A stretch of 32,000 bases of DNA from Pirellula staleyi DSM 6068 (GCA_000025185.1 CP001848.1:510001-542000), one strand, 5' to 3'. Shown: positions 9,251-18,207, numbered from the stretch's first letter. Notes: generated by a model not told the origin, from the letters alone. Numbers and translations are program-made.

Positions 9251-10108
9251 CTACCCTTGCACCACAGGATTGATGAGGGTGCCAATTCCATCGATCTTGA
9301 TTTCCACGAGATCGCCGGGATGCAGCGTGAAGCTGTTGTCGGGAACGATGCCGGTACCGGTGAGCAGGAACGCACCGCGCGGGAAACTGTTGTCTCGCGA
9401 AAGCCAGCTGATCAGATTCTCGAACGAGCGTGCCATGTGATCGACACTCGTGCGACCATCGTAGACCGCTTTCCCTTCGCGATGAATCAGCAGTCGGATA
9501 CCGATATCATTCGGTGAGGGCATCCCCACGGCCAGGGTGATCCAGGGGCCAAGTCCGCAGCACTGGTTGTAGCACTTGGCTTGCGGCAGATAGAGCGGGT
9601 TATCCCCTTCAATATCGCGGCTGCTCATGTCGTTGCCGATCGTAAAACCCACCAGCTGCATTTTGCTGGTGAGTACGAGCGCGAGTTCAGGCTCGGGAAC
9701 GTTCCACTCCGAGTCTTTGCGAATTCGCAGCGGCTGACCATGCCCCGATACGCGATGCGGCGACGCTTTGTAAAACAACTCGGGACGAGGCGAGGCATAT
9801 ACACGATCGTAGCACGATGCTGCGGTGGCCGATTCTTCCATCCGCGCCGTGCGGCTCCGCTTGTAGGTCACACCTGCTGCCCACACTTCTTGATGATCGA
9901 TCGGCGCGAGAAGCTGCACACTATCGAGCGGAAACTTCTCCCCCACGCGTGTCAGAAACTCAGCCGTTTCATAAGGATTTTCCGATTCCAGCACTTCATA
10001 GAGCGAGCGATACTGGCCACCCGAAAGATCGAGCGGAAGCAGATCGTCTCCGACCAAGCGGCCGACATTCACCTGACCTGCGGGAGAAAGAAATTTTGCG
10101 AGTTTCAT
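9251..10108 (-). CDS. fumarylacetoacetate hydrolase (FAH) family protein, 2-keto-3-deoxy-pentonate dehydratase (KdaD)-like
   Basis: About 285 aa from ATG 10108 ('MKLAKFLSPAG...'); the track opens at TTG 10126. The size and C-terminal blocks 'GNDMSSRDIEG', 'AKCYNQCCGLGPWI' and 'LLTGTGIVP...L.PGD.VEI.I.GIG.L.N' fit the FAH fold. Confidence 0.8.
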   Translation of the reverse strand: MKLAKFLSPAGQVNVGRLVGDDLLPLDLSGGQYRSLYEVLESENPYETAEFLTRVGEKFPLDSVQLLAPIDHQEVWAAGVTYKRSRTARMEESATAASCYDRVYASPRPELFYKASPHRVSGHGQPLRIRKDSEWNVPEPELALVLTSKMQLVGFTIGNDMSSRDIEGDNPLYLPQAKCYNQCCGLGPWITLAVGMPSPNDIGIRLLIHREGKAVYDGRTSVDHMARSFENLISWLSRDNSFPRGAFLLTGTGIVPDNSFTLHPGDLVEIKIDGIGTLINPVVQG

Positions 10109-10321
10109 GTTGAATCGTTCCGGCAAATACTTCGTCGATACGAGGGTCGATGAGAAGCTCGGGGAGGGGTGGAGAAAGGCGTAGCTGTTCAGCAGCTGTC
10201 GATGATACCCGCCCCGAGCGGACTACAGAAAGTAGTGGCGCGCTACTCGAGCGGAATTACGCCTAGAAATGCGCGAAGCTTCTCGAAAAACGGCGATTTC
10301 GCGAGGAAAAAGAATCGCGCA

Positions 10322-11719
10322 CTAGCGATAAGGCTGCCAGCGCGGGCGCGCTTGTGGCATCGCAGCAGGATCGCCGAGCGCCGCAGGTGGCATCAGCAGA
10401 TTCGGAGCCCCCGGCGTTTCGACATCAGCTGCCGCGCCGTTCTGCCGAGCCACTGGCTCGGGACGAGCTGCAGGAGCAGGTGCTGCATCCCCAGCACTGG
10501 GTTGGCGAATCACAGCCGCTGGATTCGATGGCTGCGCTGCATTGCCAGTGCGTGAGGTGCTCGCTTCTCGGGTGCGCGGTGCCCAGCGATTCGAACTCTC
10601 CCCTGCTCCGGCCACAAGCACTTCGCGGTCGGTTTCGAGCAAACGACCATCGGATGTTTCGTAGCGCACGTATAGCCGCAGCTTGCGATTCGTAGGAGGC
10701 CGCGACGGCCAAGGAAGCTTCAGTAAAATGCCACCCGCTTGCGGAGTCGTTTCGCGCAGCTCGTCGATCTCTTCCGGAGCAAAGTCCCAGCGTGCAATGC
10801 GTGCCTTCTCACCTTGCTCGGCAGGATCGAGTAGCACCAGCGACATCGGGCCAGCTGTTGAAAGCGTTTGCTCGAACCGATTGCGGGGCTCGACCAGAAT
10901 CATCAAACCATCGTCCCCTGGCTCGCTATCAAAATTAGCACCAGCTGTCATTTGTGGATTGAGTTTCACATGCGTGATCTGCGGATCGAGCCGCGACTCG
11001 TCGCGCGATCCAATCGGTTCAGGCGTACTCGGAGCTGATTCCGGCGGTGGCAGCACGTCGGTCTCGATCGTCGGAACTGGGGGCGTTTCGAGCTTCGGCA
11101 CGTCGACTTTCGGCCTATCCGCCTTGGGCGTGTCGACCGGGGGAGTTTCCGCCTGGGGCAACAACGATGGCTCGGACGCTTCAGGCATTTCGATCATCGG
11201 AACTTCGAGTTCCGGCAACTCGCTCGTCGGCTTCGCTGGAGGATCGAGCGAAGGACGGTTGCTGCGGCGCGGCATCGGCGCGGGAGTGCTGCTCCCCTCA
11301 CTCATCGGAATTTCGATTTCCGGTATTTCGATCGAAGGTGGCGCGAGGCCACCTGGTTCCATGGGTTTGGTCGAATCACCCGCATCGGAAGGAAGATTGC
11401 GCGGCGCAAAAAGCCCGCCAGGACGCTGTCCTGCGCTACTCGAGGGTCGACGACCTCCCCCTTTCAAACGATCGAGTTCCGCTTCCAGCTTGTCGATCTC
11501 AAAACAGAGCTGTTGATTTTCGTCTTCCAGCAAATAGTACGAGTTCTCGAGTTCGCGATACTCGCTGTTCACTTGCTCGATGTGCTGATTGACGTACGGA
11601 CGAGGAGCGCAGCCAGCTAGCGACGCCAGGAGCAAAAGCCCCGGCAACCACGGCTGAGCAAAGCGATTCGAACTAGTCCACAGCCAACTCAACGTCGATC
11701 TCTTTCTCTCGAGTACCAC
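10322..11719 (-). CDS. proline-rich lipoprotein with coiled-coil segment (hypothetical)
   Basis: The open frame runs to TTG 11866, but there is no ATG in the first ~190 codons. The lipoprotein leader 'RKRSTLSWLWTSSNRFAQPWLPGLLLLASLAGC' favours GTG 11719 or TTG 11692 as the start. Features are a coiled coil 'YRELENSYYLLEDENQQLCFEIDKLEAELDRLKG' and Pro/Glu repeats (PEIEIP, PELEVPMIEMP, PKADRPKVDVPKLETPP). Confidence 0.55.
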   Translation of the reverse strand: MVLERKRSTLSWLWTSSNRFAQPWLPGLLLLASLAGCAPRPYVNQHIEQVNSEYRELENSYYLLEDENQQLCFEIDKLEAELDRLKGGGRRPSSSAGQRPGGLFAPRNLPSDAGDSTKPMEPGGLAPPSIEIPEIEIPMSEGSSTPAPMPRRSNRPSLDPPAKPTSELPELEVPMIEMPEASEPSLLPQAETPPVDTPKADRPKVDVPKLETPPVPTIETDVLPPPESAPSTPEPIGSRDESRLDPQITHVKLNPQMTAGANFDSEPGDDGLMILVEPRNRFEQTLSTAGPMSLVLLDPAEQGEKARIARWDFAPEEIDELRETTPQAGGILLKLPWPSRPPTNRKLRLYVRYETSDGRLLETDREVLVAGAGESSNRWAPRTREASTSRTGNAAQPSNPAAVIRQPSAGDAAPAPAARPEPVARQNGAAADVETPGAPNLLMPPAALGDPAAMPQARPRWQPYR

Positions 11720-11962
11720 AATTCCGAATTTCCACGGCCAAGCGGGCTCGGCGAATCCGCGCGCAAGCTTGGCGAAGGATAGAGGCGATAGCGGCGTGTA
11801 CCAAGAGAGGCCCAAGGCCGACAAGAGCAATCGCGCGTAAAACGCCACCAGCGAGTGTGCTAGCAACCAGCACAGCTACCGAGCAGCGGCTTCTGCAAAG
11901 AGGACGACGAAAGTTACGATTCCCAGTCGGAGCTATCTATTGCTCAGGCTCATCACCTAGCT

Positions 11963-13231
11963 CTACTTCAAAGCAAATTTGGCGACTTCACGGACTACAG
12001 TGATATCGTCGGGAACTTTCATGACGCTCTCAGCTCGTACCAGAGCGAGACGGGCATGTCTCAGCGCACTTTCGCGGAGTGAGGGGTGACCGAGTTCCGC
12101 TAGTGATTCGAGCCCCTTCAGTAGTCGCACAACCACTTCGACGAGCCCCGCACCATCGCGGGCAATGCCGGTAAAGGCATCGTCCAACATGTCGTCGAGC
12201 GAAAGTTCTGGCACCGCAACACGGTCGAAATGGACCGGCATATCGCCCGCTGCTTTGCAACACTCGTTCCACATCACAAACAGACGGACAAGGGTGCCAG
12301 TTACGTCGATGGCGGTACCCGGATCGTTGACCGCAGGCGAAAGCGCGCGGCTGGCAATCTCTGACAGAGCAACTAATCCAAATCGAGGATCTTGATCAAA
12401 CACTCGCGCATCGCCAATCGCAAACGCAGCACCAATCGCTTCGGCATCTTCGCCTGAAACCGCCTCGCTTGATTCCGAAATAATCCAAGCCACAGGCCGA
12501 TTCGGAGTGCAAAAAGTGCCAGGGAGAGCCGCCACAACGATCTTCAGATGCGAACCCACCGCGCGAGATTGCATTGCGGAGACATCGACACGTCGCACGT
12601 AGCCGACCGCTTTTGTATAGACAGCATGGCTCGTCGCTGGTGGGCTGTAGAACGCGACACCGCCGAGGCGAGCCATCGCCTGTCGCTTGCGCAAAGCGCC
12701 GTCAGTTGCTGCCTCCACCTTGTCGACCGTGTTCCCTAACCGACCGAGTCGAGCGATGTTGTCGACCCACCAAACGAACGTGACAATGATGGTGGTCACC
12801 ACCACGAGCGACAAGGTAAACAAGACAAACTTGCCAGCTCTTCCATCATATTGACCATTCAAAAACGCCACGAGCGCGACCACACTATAAATAAATGCTC
12901 CGACAAACATCGAGAGCGCGTTTTGTGAAACATCGTCGGCGATGATCAGTGGAAACGAGCGCGGCGTCGCAGAAGTGCTGGCGGAAGCGTAGGCGGCCAC
13001 CATCGACGAGACGGCGAATGTGGCCATCACCAACATGCTCGAAGCCATGATCGTGAGGAGTGCTTCGTTCGACTCCTTGGTGATCTCCGGCAGAAAACGC
13101 CCGAGTGCCGACCGATCAAGAAGATTCGCAAGCAGGACCGCGCCAATCGACAGAACGCAGATGATCAGAGGCTTAATCCATAGCCGCTCGCGGAGCCGAT
13201 TCTTCAAAAAACTCAGATAATCAAGCATCAT
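11963..13231 (-). CDS. DUF2254-like integral membrane protein
   Basis: About 422 aa from the tandem ATGs 13231/13228, with GGAG just upstream; the track opens at TTG 13249. The N-terminal half has about 4 TM helices ('WIKPLIICVLSIGAVLLANLL', 'LLTIMASSMLVMATFAVSSMVAAYA', ...). The C-terminal half is a soluble domain. The family call is from memory. Confidence 0.6.
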   Translation of the reverse strand: MMLDYLSFLKNRLRERLWIKPLIICVLSIGAVLLANLLDRSALGRFLPEITKESNEALLTIMASSMLVMATFAVSSMVAAYASASTSATPRSFPLIIADDVSQNALSMFVGAFIYSVVALVAFLNGQYDGRAGKFVLFTLSLVVVTTIIVTFVWWVDNIARLGRLGNTVDKVEAATDGALRKRQAMARLGGVAFYSPPATSHAVYTKAVGYVRRVDVSAMQSRAVGSHLKIVVAALPGTFCTPNRPVAWIISESSEAVSGEDAEAIGAAFAIGDARVFDQDPRFGLVALSEIASRALSPAVNDPGTAIDVTGTLVRLFVMWNECCKAAGDMPVHFDRVAVPELSLDDMLDDAFTGIARDGAGLVEVVVRLLKGLESLAELGHPSLRESALRHARLALVRAESVMKVPDDITVVREVAKFALK

Positions 13232-13428
13232 TCGCTCCGCTCGCACCAACCATCGTGCGGCCCCAAAGAATTCGCATACAAAAACAAACCTCTCAACCTA
13301 TCTCAAAATTTTGCCCTAAGCTCAAACGACGTATATCCTCAATCATCGATACCCAAACAGCGTGATAAGCTGCCTCGTAGAGCGACTTTGGCTTGTTTCG
13401 ATCGTATGTGCGATGCAACCAGCGGGAA

Positions 13429-13481
13429 TGTCAGGTGCTGAGTACCTGACCTACAAGACTACTGGCTGGCGTGTCCAGCAG
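13429..13481. repeat. structured intergenic repeat, copy 1 (two hairpins)
   Basis: TGTCAGGT-gctgag-TACCTGACCTACAA (13429-13456) is followed by CTGGCTGG-cgtgt-CCAGCAG (13462-13481). It shares a 7+14-nt identical core with copy 2. Confidence 0.6.
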
Positions 13482-13612
13482 AGTGCATCTTTTAAAACCC
13501 CAAACTGTATTGAGCTACGCACAACACAGGCACTCAGTGTACATGACATTGTTCGCTAGATAACGTACTACGTGAGACACCTCCGATTTTTAAGTAATCG
13601 CAACCAGTCCAC

Positions 13613-13655
13613 AAAAAAACGACTCCAAGCTGGTGAGCATGGAGTCGTTTGTTGT
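13613..13655. terminator. bidirectional rho-independent terminator (serves the minus-strand deoxyhypusine-synthase gene)
   Basis: A7 (13613-13619), then a perfect 9-bp stem ACGACTCCA (13619-13627) / TGGAGTCGT (13640-13648) with a 12-nt loop, then TTGTTGT. The minus strand reads hairpin followed by T7. Confidence 0.7.
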
Positions 13656-13671
13656 GGATGAGATTATCGGT

Positions 13672-13761
13672 TGTCAGGTACGGGGTACCTGACCTACAAA
13701 CTGCAAGGCAGGCGGGAGCCTGCCCTACGTGTGGGGCACACTGCTGGTTGATCCAGCAGTG
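13672..13761. repeat. structured intergenic repeat, copy 2 (three hairpins)
   Basis: Three elements: TGTCAGGT-acgggg-TACCTGACCTACAA (13672-13699), GGCAGGC-ggga-GCCTGCC (13707-13724), and CACTGCTGG-ttgat-CCAGCAGTG (13739-13761). It lies 23 nt downstream of the DHS stop. Confidence 0.6.
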
Positions 13762-13783
13762 CCACCCCAGAACTATCAGGCTA

Positions 13784-14863
13784 CTAGCCGACCGATTCGG
13801 GGGTTTCGCTATAGAGGGAGGCGAATTCCTTGGCGGTGCGAGCTTCCCAGCCCTTCTTGTGGTAGGCGTAGCCGGCGATCAGCGGGAGAGCGAGGGTCGC
13901 TTCGCTGTAGACCATCTGTTCGTAGGCGGTATCGACCTTGCCCCAGCTCGAGGCTTCCTTGAGCGTGCTGCTCGAGAGAGCACCGTCGCGCACATCGGCA
14001 ATCGTAATTTGGATCGCGTACTTGTGCATCGCTGGGTATTCGTGGTTTCCTTCCGACGCGAGCAAAATGTCGGCAGCCACCACGATGTCTTGCGCAAAGT
14101 TCTTTGGCACGCCACCACCGATCATCAGCAAACCGGTGCTGGGGTTGGCCAGCTTGATTTGCGTCAGTTCGTAGAAGTCCTTCGCCGAGTCGAACGAGGT
14201 TTTTGCTTGTCCCTTGCGCTCGTGGTAGTGAGCTACGATCCCCAAACCAGCCGAGCAATCGGAGAAGGCGGGGCAGAAGATCGGCACCTTCATCTCGTAG
14301 CAAGCCTGGATGATCGAATCGCACTTGGCGTTGGTTTCGAGGTGCTTGCCCATCTCGTGGATGATTTCGCGCGACGAATAAGGGCGTGGCGGAAGCGCGT
14401 CGGCGATCTTCTTCACGGTCTCGTCGCAGATGCGGAGCTCATCTTCGTCGATCAGCGTGTCGTAGATGCGGTCGATAGCGTGATCGCGGAGCATGCCGTC
14501 GTCCATACCACTCTTCAGGCGTTCGGCGGCCATGTAGTGGCGGAAACCGAGAGCTTCGAAGAAGTCTTGATCGACGATGTTCGCGCCGGTGCTGCAAATG
14601 GCATCGACCATGCGATGACGCACGAGATCGATGATCACCTGCTTGAGACCAGCCGAGATGAGCGAGCCAGCCAGGCAAAGGATGATGCCGCACTCGGTGT
14701 CGCGCACCATGCGGTCGTAGATGTCAGCCGCGCGACCGAGATCGCGGGCACTGAAGGCCATCGACTGCATCGCTTCGACCATCGGCACCACGTTGTGCTG
14801 CTTGATGTCGATGTGTTCAACGGTTTGCGAGAGAAGTTCTTTTTTCGATACCTGCCACGTCAT
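13784..14863 (-). CDS. deoxyhypusine synthase / homospermidine-synthase-like protein
   Basis: About 359 aa from ATG 14863, preceded by AGGAGA with a 7-nt spacer. 'MTWQVSKKELLSQTVEHIDIKQHNVVPMVEAM..MAFSARDLGRAADIY', 'ILCLAGSLISAGLK', 'STGANIVDQDFFEALG' and 'GGGVPKNF' match the DHS family. The track ORF extends in frame to 15061. Confidence 0.85.
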   Translation of the reverse strand: MTWQVSKKELLSQTVEHIDIKQHNVVPMVEAMQSMAFSARDLGRAADIYDRMVRDTECGIILCLAGSLISAGLKQVIIDLVRHRMVDAICSTGANIVDQDFFEALGFRHYMAAERLKSGMDDGMLRDHAIDRIYDTLIDEDELRICDETVKKIADALPPRPYSSREIIHEMGKHLETNAKCDSIIQACYEMKVPIFCPAFSDCSAGLGIVAHYHERKGQAKTSFDSAKDFYELTQIKLANPSTGLLMIGGGVPKNFAQDIVVAADILLASEGNHEYPAMHKYAIQITIADVRDGALSSSTLKEASSWGKVDTAYEQMVYSEATLALPLIAGYAYHKKGWEARTAKEFASLYSETPESVG

Positions 14864-15300
14864 GAGCGTGTCTCCTGAGGTCCCCAGAAAGACGCCAGCT
14901 GTGCCGGCGCAAGTGGGACCAACAACGGTGTCGGCCGGCAGTCCGCCAGCCAGGGAAACGCCGGCCAAGGCCGCCAGCGAGGGCAGGGCAAAAACCCCAA
15001 GAATCCGTGCAGAATTCAAGGTATAAATCATACCCCCTGCCAGATCGAGGACTAGGGGCAATCACGGGAATTTCATCTGCCACAAACTTCGCAAATGCGA
15101 TGCTTGAACTCACTTATTCGCACGCTGCGAGGAAATCTTGCGGCGGCCTGAAATTTTTTGCCTCGCGAGACGCCCTGCTCCCGCAGAATTTTTTCCTTGG
15201 GACGGAAGTGTACAGCTCCGTATATTCAGCGTCTGCGGTGTGCTGATCGTGCCGCTCCCTGCCCGGAATCTTCTCACCGACCGCTCACGAAAGTTTCCTC

Positions 15301-17682
15301 ATGAACCGCGTGCAATCGATGCTGCTGCTGGCGATGCTGACCTTCGCCCTGACAGGCCGCGCGACCACTTTGGCAGCCGACCAACCGACCTTCGGGGCGA
15401 CTCTCGAGGGGACAGCGCCACTGACCATCGAGGGAGATATCTCGTCGCAACTGGTCGACGGTGTCGATCGGTTTTTGCTCAAACAGCTGGCCGAGTCGAG
15501 CAAGCTGCGCGACAAGAATTGGACGGTCGATTATTCGTCGATCGAGGCTTACAGCAAATCGCTCGAACCCAAACGCGCGCGACTTGCGAAGATGCTGGGG
15601 GCCGATGAAAAGCGGCTCTCGGTACCATCTTTTCGAAAGATATTTGTCGACGACGAGATGCTGGACATCGTTGCCAAGAGCAAGAGTTTTGTAGCGAAGT
15701 ATGATCGACTGCCGGTTTTGGGATATCCGCGATCCGACTGGAATGATCAGCCTGCATTGTTTGTCGAAACTCTCTCTCTGATCCCAACCAAGCCCAAGGC
15801 CGAGTATGTAATTATCATTCCCGATTGCGATCAATCGCCGGAGCAACTTGCGGGACTCGTGCCTGGACTGGATGAAGAGCAGCAGGTGGCTCGCCGACTC
15901 GCAGAGCAAGGGTTTATCGTTTGCATGCCAAGTCTCGTGAGTCGATCACGCGAGAAACGCCGCAATGCCGACCTCACCCATCGCGAGTATCTTTATCGCT
16001 CCGCTTTTGTACTGGGAAAGCATTTGATTGGTTATGAAGTGCAGCAGGTGTTGGCGATCGTCGATGCACTGAAAAGCCCACGTAACGACAGAAACATCGG
16101 AGCGGCGAGAGTAGGCATCATCGGCTATGGCGAGGGAGGAATGATTGCCCAGTATGCTGCGGCGATAGACACGCGCGTGGATACTGTTTGTGTGAGTGGC
16201 TACTTCGACGATCGCTCAACAGTTTGGGAGCAGCCGTTAGATCGCAATGTATTTGGGCTCCTCAATGAATTTGGCGATGCCGAACTTCGGGCCATGATCG
16301 CACCTCGGCCCTATATTCTGGACTTGGGGATCGCGCCAGAACTAGAACTTGCCGGAAATGGCGGTGCGCCTGCGGTTCTACGACGACCGAATCTTCTCAA
16401 GGGGGCTGCAAATCGCGAATTCAATCGTAGCCAGAAACTGATCGCTTCCCTGCGAGAACTCACCAAGTTCCCACACCAGGAACTTTCGCCGAATGTATCA
16501 GACGGCTCCCAAGAAATACCATTCTGCTCGTCTGCTACTACCGATGCGTTTCTCGAAGTACTCACAGGAAATCGACACTCTGCTCCCACGAAATTCGGTG
16601 ACTACGACTCTATAAACACATCCGCCGCAACCATCAAAGCGCGCGAGCGACGTCAAATCGTTTCGATCGATGCCTATAACCAAGCGGTGCTTGCAGAATC
16701 GTCCTATACACGCAAAGAGTTCTTCGCGAAGCTCGATACGTCGTCTCCCGAGAAGTTCAGCGAGACGGTTGAGCCCTACCGTGACATCTTTGCCAAGGAG
16801 GTGATCGGTCAGTTCGATCTGCCTCTGCTCCCACCGAACCCCCGCTCGCGAAAACTCTACGACACCGAGAAGTATGTCGGCTATGAAGTGGTACTCGATG
16901 TGTACGACGATGTCATCGCCTACGGCATCTTGCTGCTCCCCAAAGACCTGAAGCCAGGCGAGAAGCGACCGGTGGTGGTGTGTCAGCATGGTCTTGAAGG
17001 TCGACCACAAGACGTGATCGAGGAGCAAGGAAACGCCGCCTATAAGAAGTATGCGGTGCAGCTCGTCGAGCGCGGCTTTATCACCTTCGCGCCGCAGAAT
17101 TTGTATCTCGGCAAAGACAAATTCCGGACACTGCAGCGAAAAGCAAATCCACTCGGCAAAACACTCTTCTCGATCATCGTGCCACAGCATCAGCAGATTG
17201 TGAACTGGCTCGGCACGCAGTCGTTTGCCGACCCAGAGAAGATTGCGTTTTATGGTCTGTCGTACGGTGGCAAGAGTGCCATGCGCATTCCGCCTCTGGT
17301 GAAAGAGTACTGCCTTTCGATCTGCTCGGCCGACTTCAACGAGTGGGTCGATAAGAACGCCTCGACGCGCGGCAACTACAGCTACGTCTGGACCGGCGAG
17401 TACGAGATTTTCGAGTGGAATCTCGGCAGTACCTTCAACTATGCCGAGATGGCCACCCTCATCGCGCCGCGACCTTTCATGGTCGAACGTGGACACTTCG
17501 ATGGGGTCGGCATCGACGAGAACGTCGCTTATGAATTCGCCAAAGTGCGGAACCTCTACCAAGCGCGCCTCGGCATCGGAGATCGGTGCGAGATCGAATG
17601 GTTCGTTGGCCCCCACACCATCAACGGGAAAGGGACCTTTGACTTCCTGCACAAACACCTCGACTGGCCCGCGCCGAAGTGA
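15301..17682 (+). CDS. secreted tandem alpha/beta-hydrolase-fold protein (dienelactone hydrolase/peptidase S9-like)
   Basis: 793 aa with signal peptide 'MNRVQSMLLLAMLTFALTGRATTLAA'. The C-terminal half has an intact nucleophile elbow 'FYGLSYGG' (17248-17271) and 'VVVCQHGLEG'. The N-terminal half has the degenerate elbow 'IIGYGEGG'. Confidence 0.6.
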   Translation: MNRVQSMLLLAMLTFALTGRATTLAADQPTFGATLEGTAPLTIEGDISSQLVDGVDRFLLKQLAESSKLRDKNWTVDYSSIEAYSKSLEPKRARLAKMLGADEKRLSVPSFRKIFVDDEMLDIVAKSKSFVAKYDRLPVLGYPRSDWNDQPALFVETLSLIPTKPKAEYVIIIPDCDQSPEQLAGLVPGLDEEQQVARRLAEQGFIVCMPSLVSRSREKRRNADLTHREYLYRSAFVLGKHLIGYEVQQVLAIVDALKSPRNDRNIGAARVGIIGYGEGGMIAQYAAAIDTRVDTVCVSGYFDDRSTVWEQPLDRNVFGLLNEFGDAELRAMIAPRPYILDLGIAPELELAGNGGAPAVLRRPNLLKGAANREFNRSQKLIASLRELTKFPHQELSPNVSDGSQEIPFCSSATTDAFLEVLTGNRHSAPTKFGDYDSINTSAATIKARERRQIVSIDAYNQAVLAESSYTRKEFFAKLDTSSPEKFSETVEPYRDIFAKEVIGQFDLPLLPPNPRSRKLYDTEKYVGYEVVLDVYDDVIAYGILLLPKDLKPGEKRPVVVCQHGLEGRPQDVIEEQGNAAYKKYAVQLVERGFITFAPQNLYLGKDKFRTLQRKANPLGKTLFSIIVPQHQQIVNWLGTQSFADPEKIAFYGLSYGGKSAMRIPPLVKEYCLSICSADFNEWVDKNASTRGNYSYVWTGEYEIFEWNLGSTFNYAEMATLIAPRPFMVERGHFDGVGIDENVAYEFAKVRNLYQARLGIGDRCEIEWFVGPHTINGKGTFDFLHKHLDWPAPK

Positions 17683-17909
17683 GCCAGGGTTCATGGCTGC
17701 CAGCAGAATGCGTGCTAGCAGTTGCAAGGTTTCTGTAGTCGTTATTTTTTGACAGAGTTTCGCCAAAGTTGGAGCCGATGCTGGTCGATACTCTCTGTGA
17801 CGTTTGTAGGGTCTGGCGCGATGGGTGCGGTTGTACTGCCCATCGGATGCTGACCAACCAAGTGGCGAGGGATGGATCCTTGCCAGTTTCGAGCGCTGGA
17901 GACGCAACG

Positions 17910-18152
17910 ATGACCATCCGCCCCAAACTTTGGCTTCACGCTGCTGCCGCAGTGGTTCTTGCATCGGCTGCGATCAGCAGCACCGGGTGCCAGATCACCG
18001 AAGGTGGTCAAACCTTGCCTAGCGCGTACTACGACAAAGACGATATCCAGTACTACGCTCCTGGCCCTGAGTTCAAACTCAGCAAGGAAGCTGCCGCGAT
18101 GAAAGCCTACAAGGCCGACCTCGAAGCGCAAGCCACTCGCAACAGCCGCTAG
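17910..18152 (+). CDS. small lipoprotein (hypothetical)
   Basis: 80 aa from ATG 17910, with GGAGA 8 nt upstream. The leader 'MTIRPKLWLHAAAAVVLASAAISSTGC' has a lipobox. The track ORF starts upstream at 17769. Confidence 0.6.
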   Translation: MTIRPKLWLHAAAAVVLASAAISSTGCQITEGGQTLPSAYYDKDDIQYYAPGPEFKLSKEAAAMKAYKADLEAQATRNSR

Positions 18153-18182
18153 TTCGGCTGGCAAGCTCCTTGACTATCACTC

Positions 18183-18207
18183 GCTAGCAGTCGTCAGCAC
18201 TGCTAGC
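18183..18207 (+). terminator. perfect 8-bp hairpin downstream of the lipoprotein gene (weak terminator candidate)
   Basis: GCTAGCAG-tcgtcagca-CTGCTAGC. No following T-run. Confidence 0.25.

Noticed and set aside
10683-11516. 277-aa plus-strand Ser/Gly-rich ORF
   Set aside because: It is the antisense reading of the Pro/Glu-rich repeat region (GGN/AGC complements of CCN/GAG-type codons) and has no independent signals.
13649-14878. 409-aa plus-strand ORF
   Set aside because: It is exactly antisense to the well-supported deoxyhypusine-synthase gene, has no recognisable motifs and is Arg/Val/His-rich. It is a typical shadow ORF in high-GC DNA.
16498-17964. 488-aa minus-strand ORF
   Set aside because: It is antisense to the 793-aa hydrolase gene, which has a signal peptide and a GxSxG motif. 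Its composition is Arg/Leu-rich and shadow-like.
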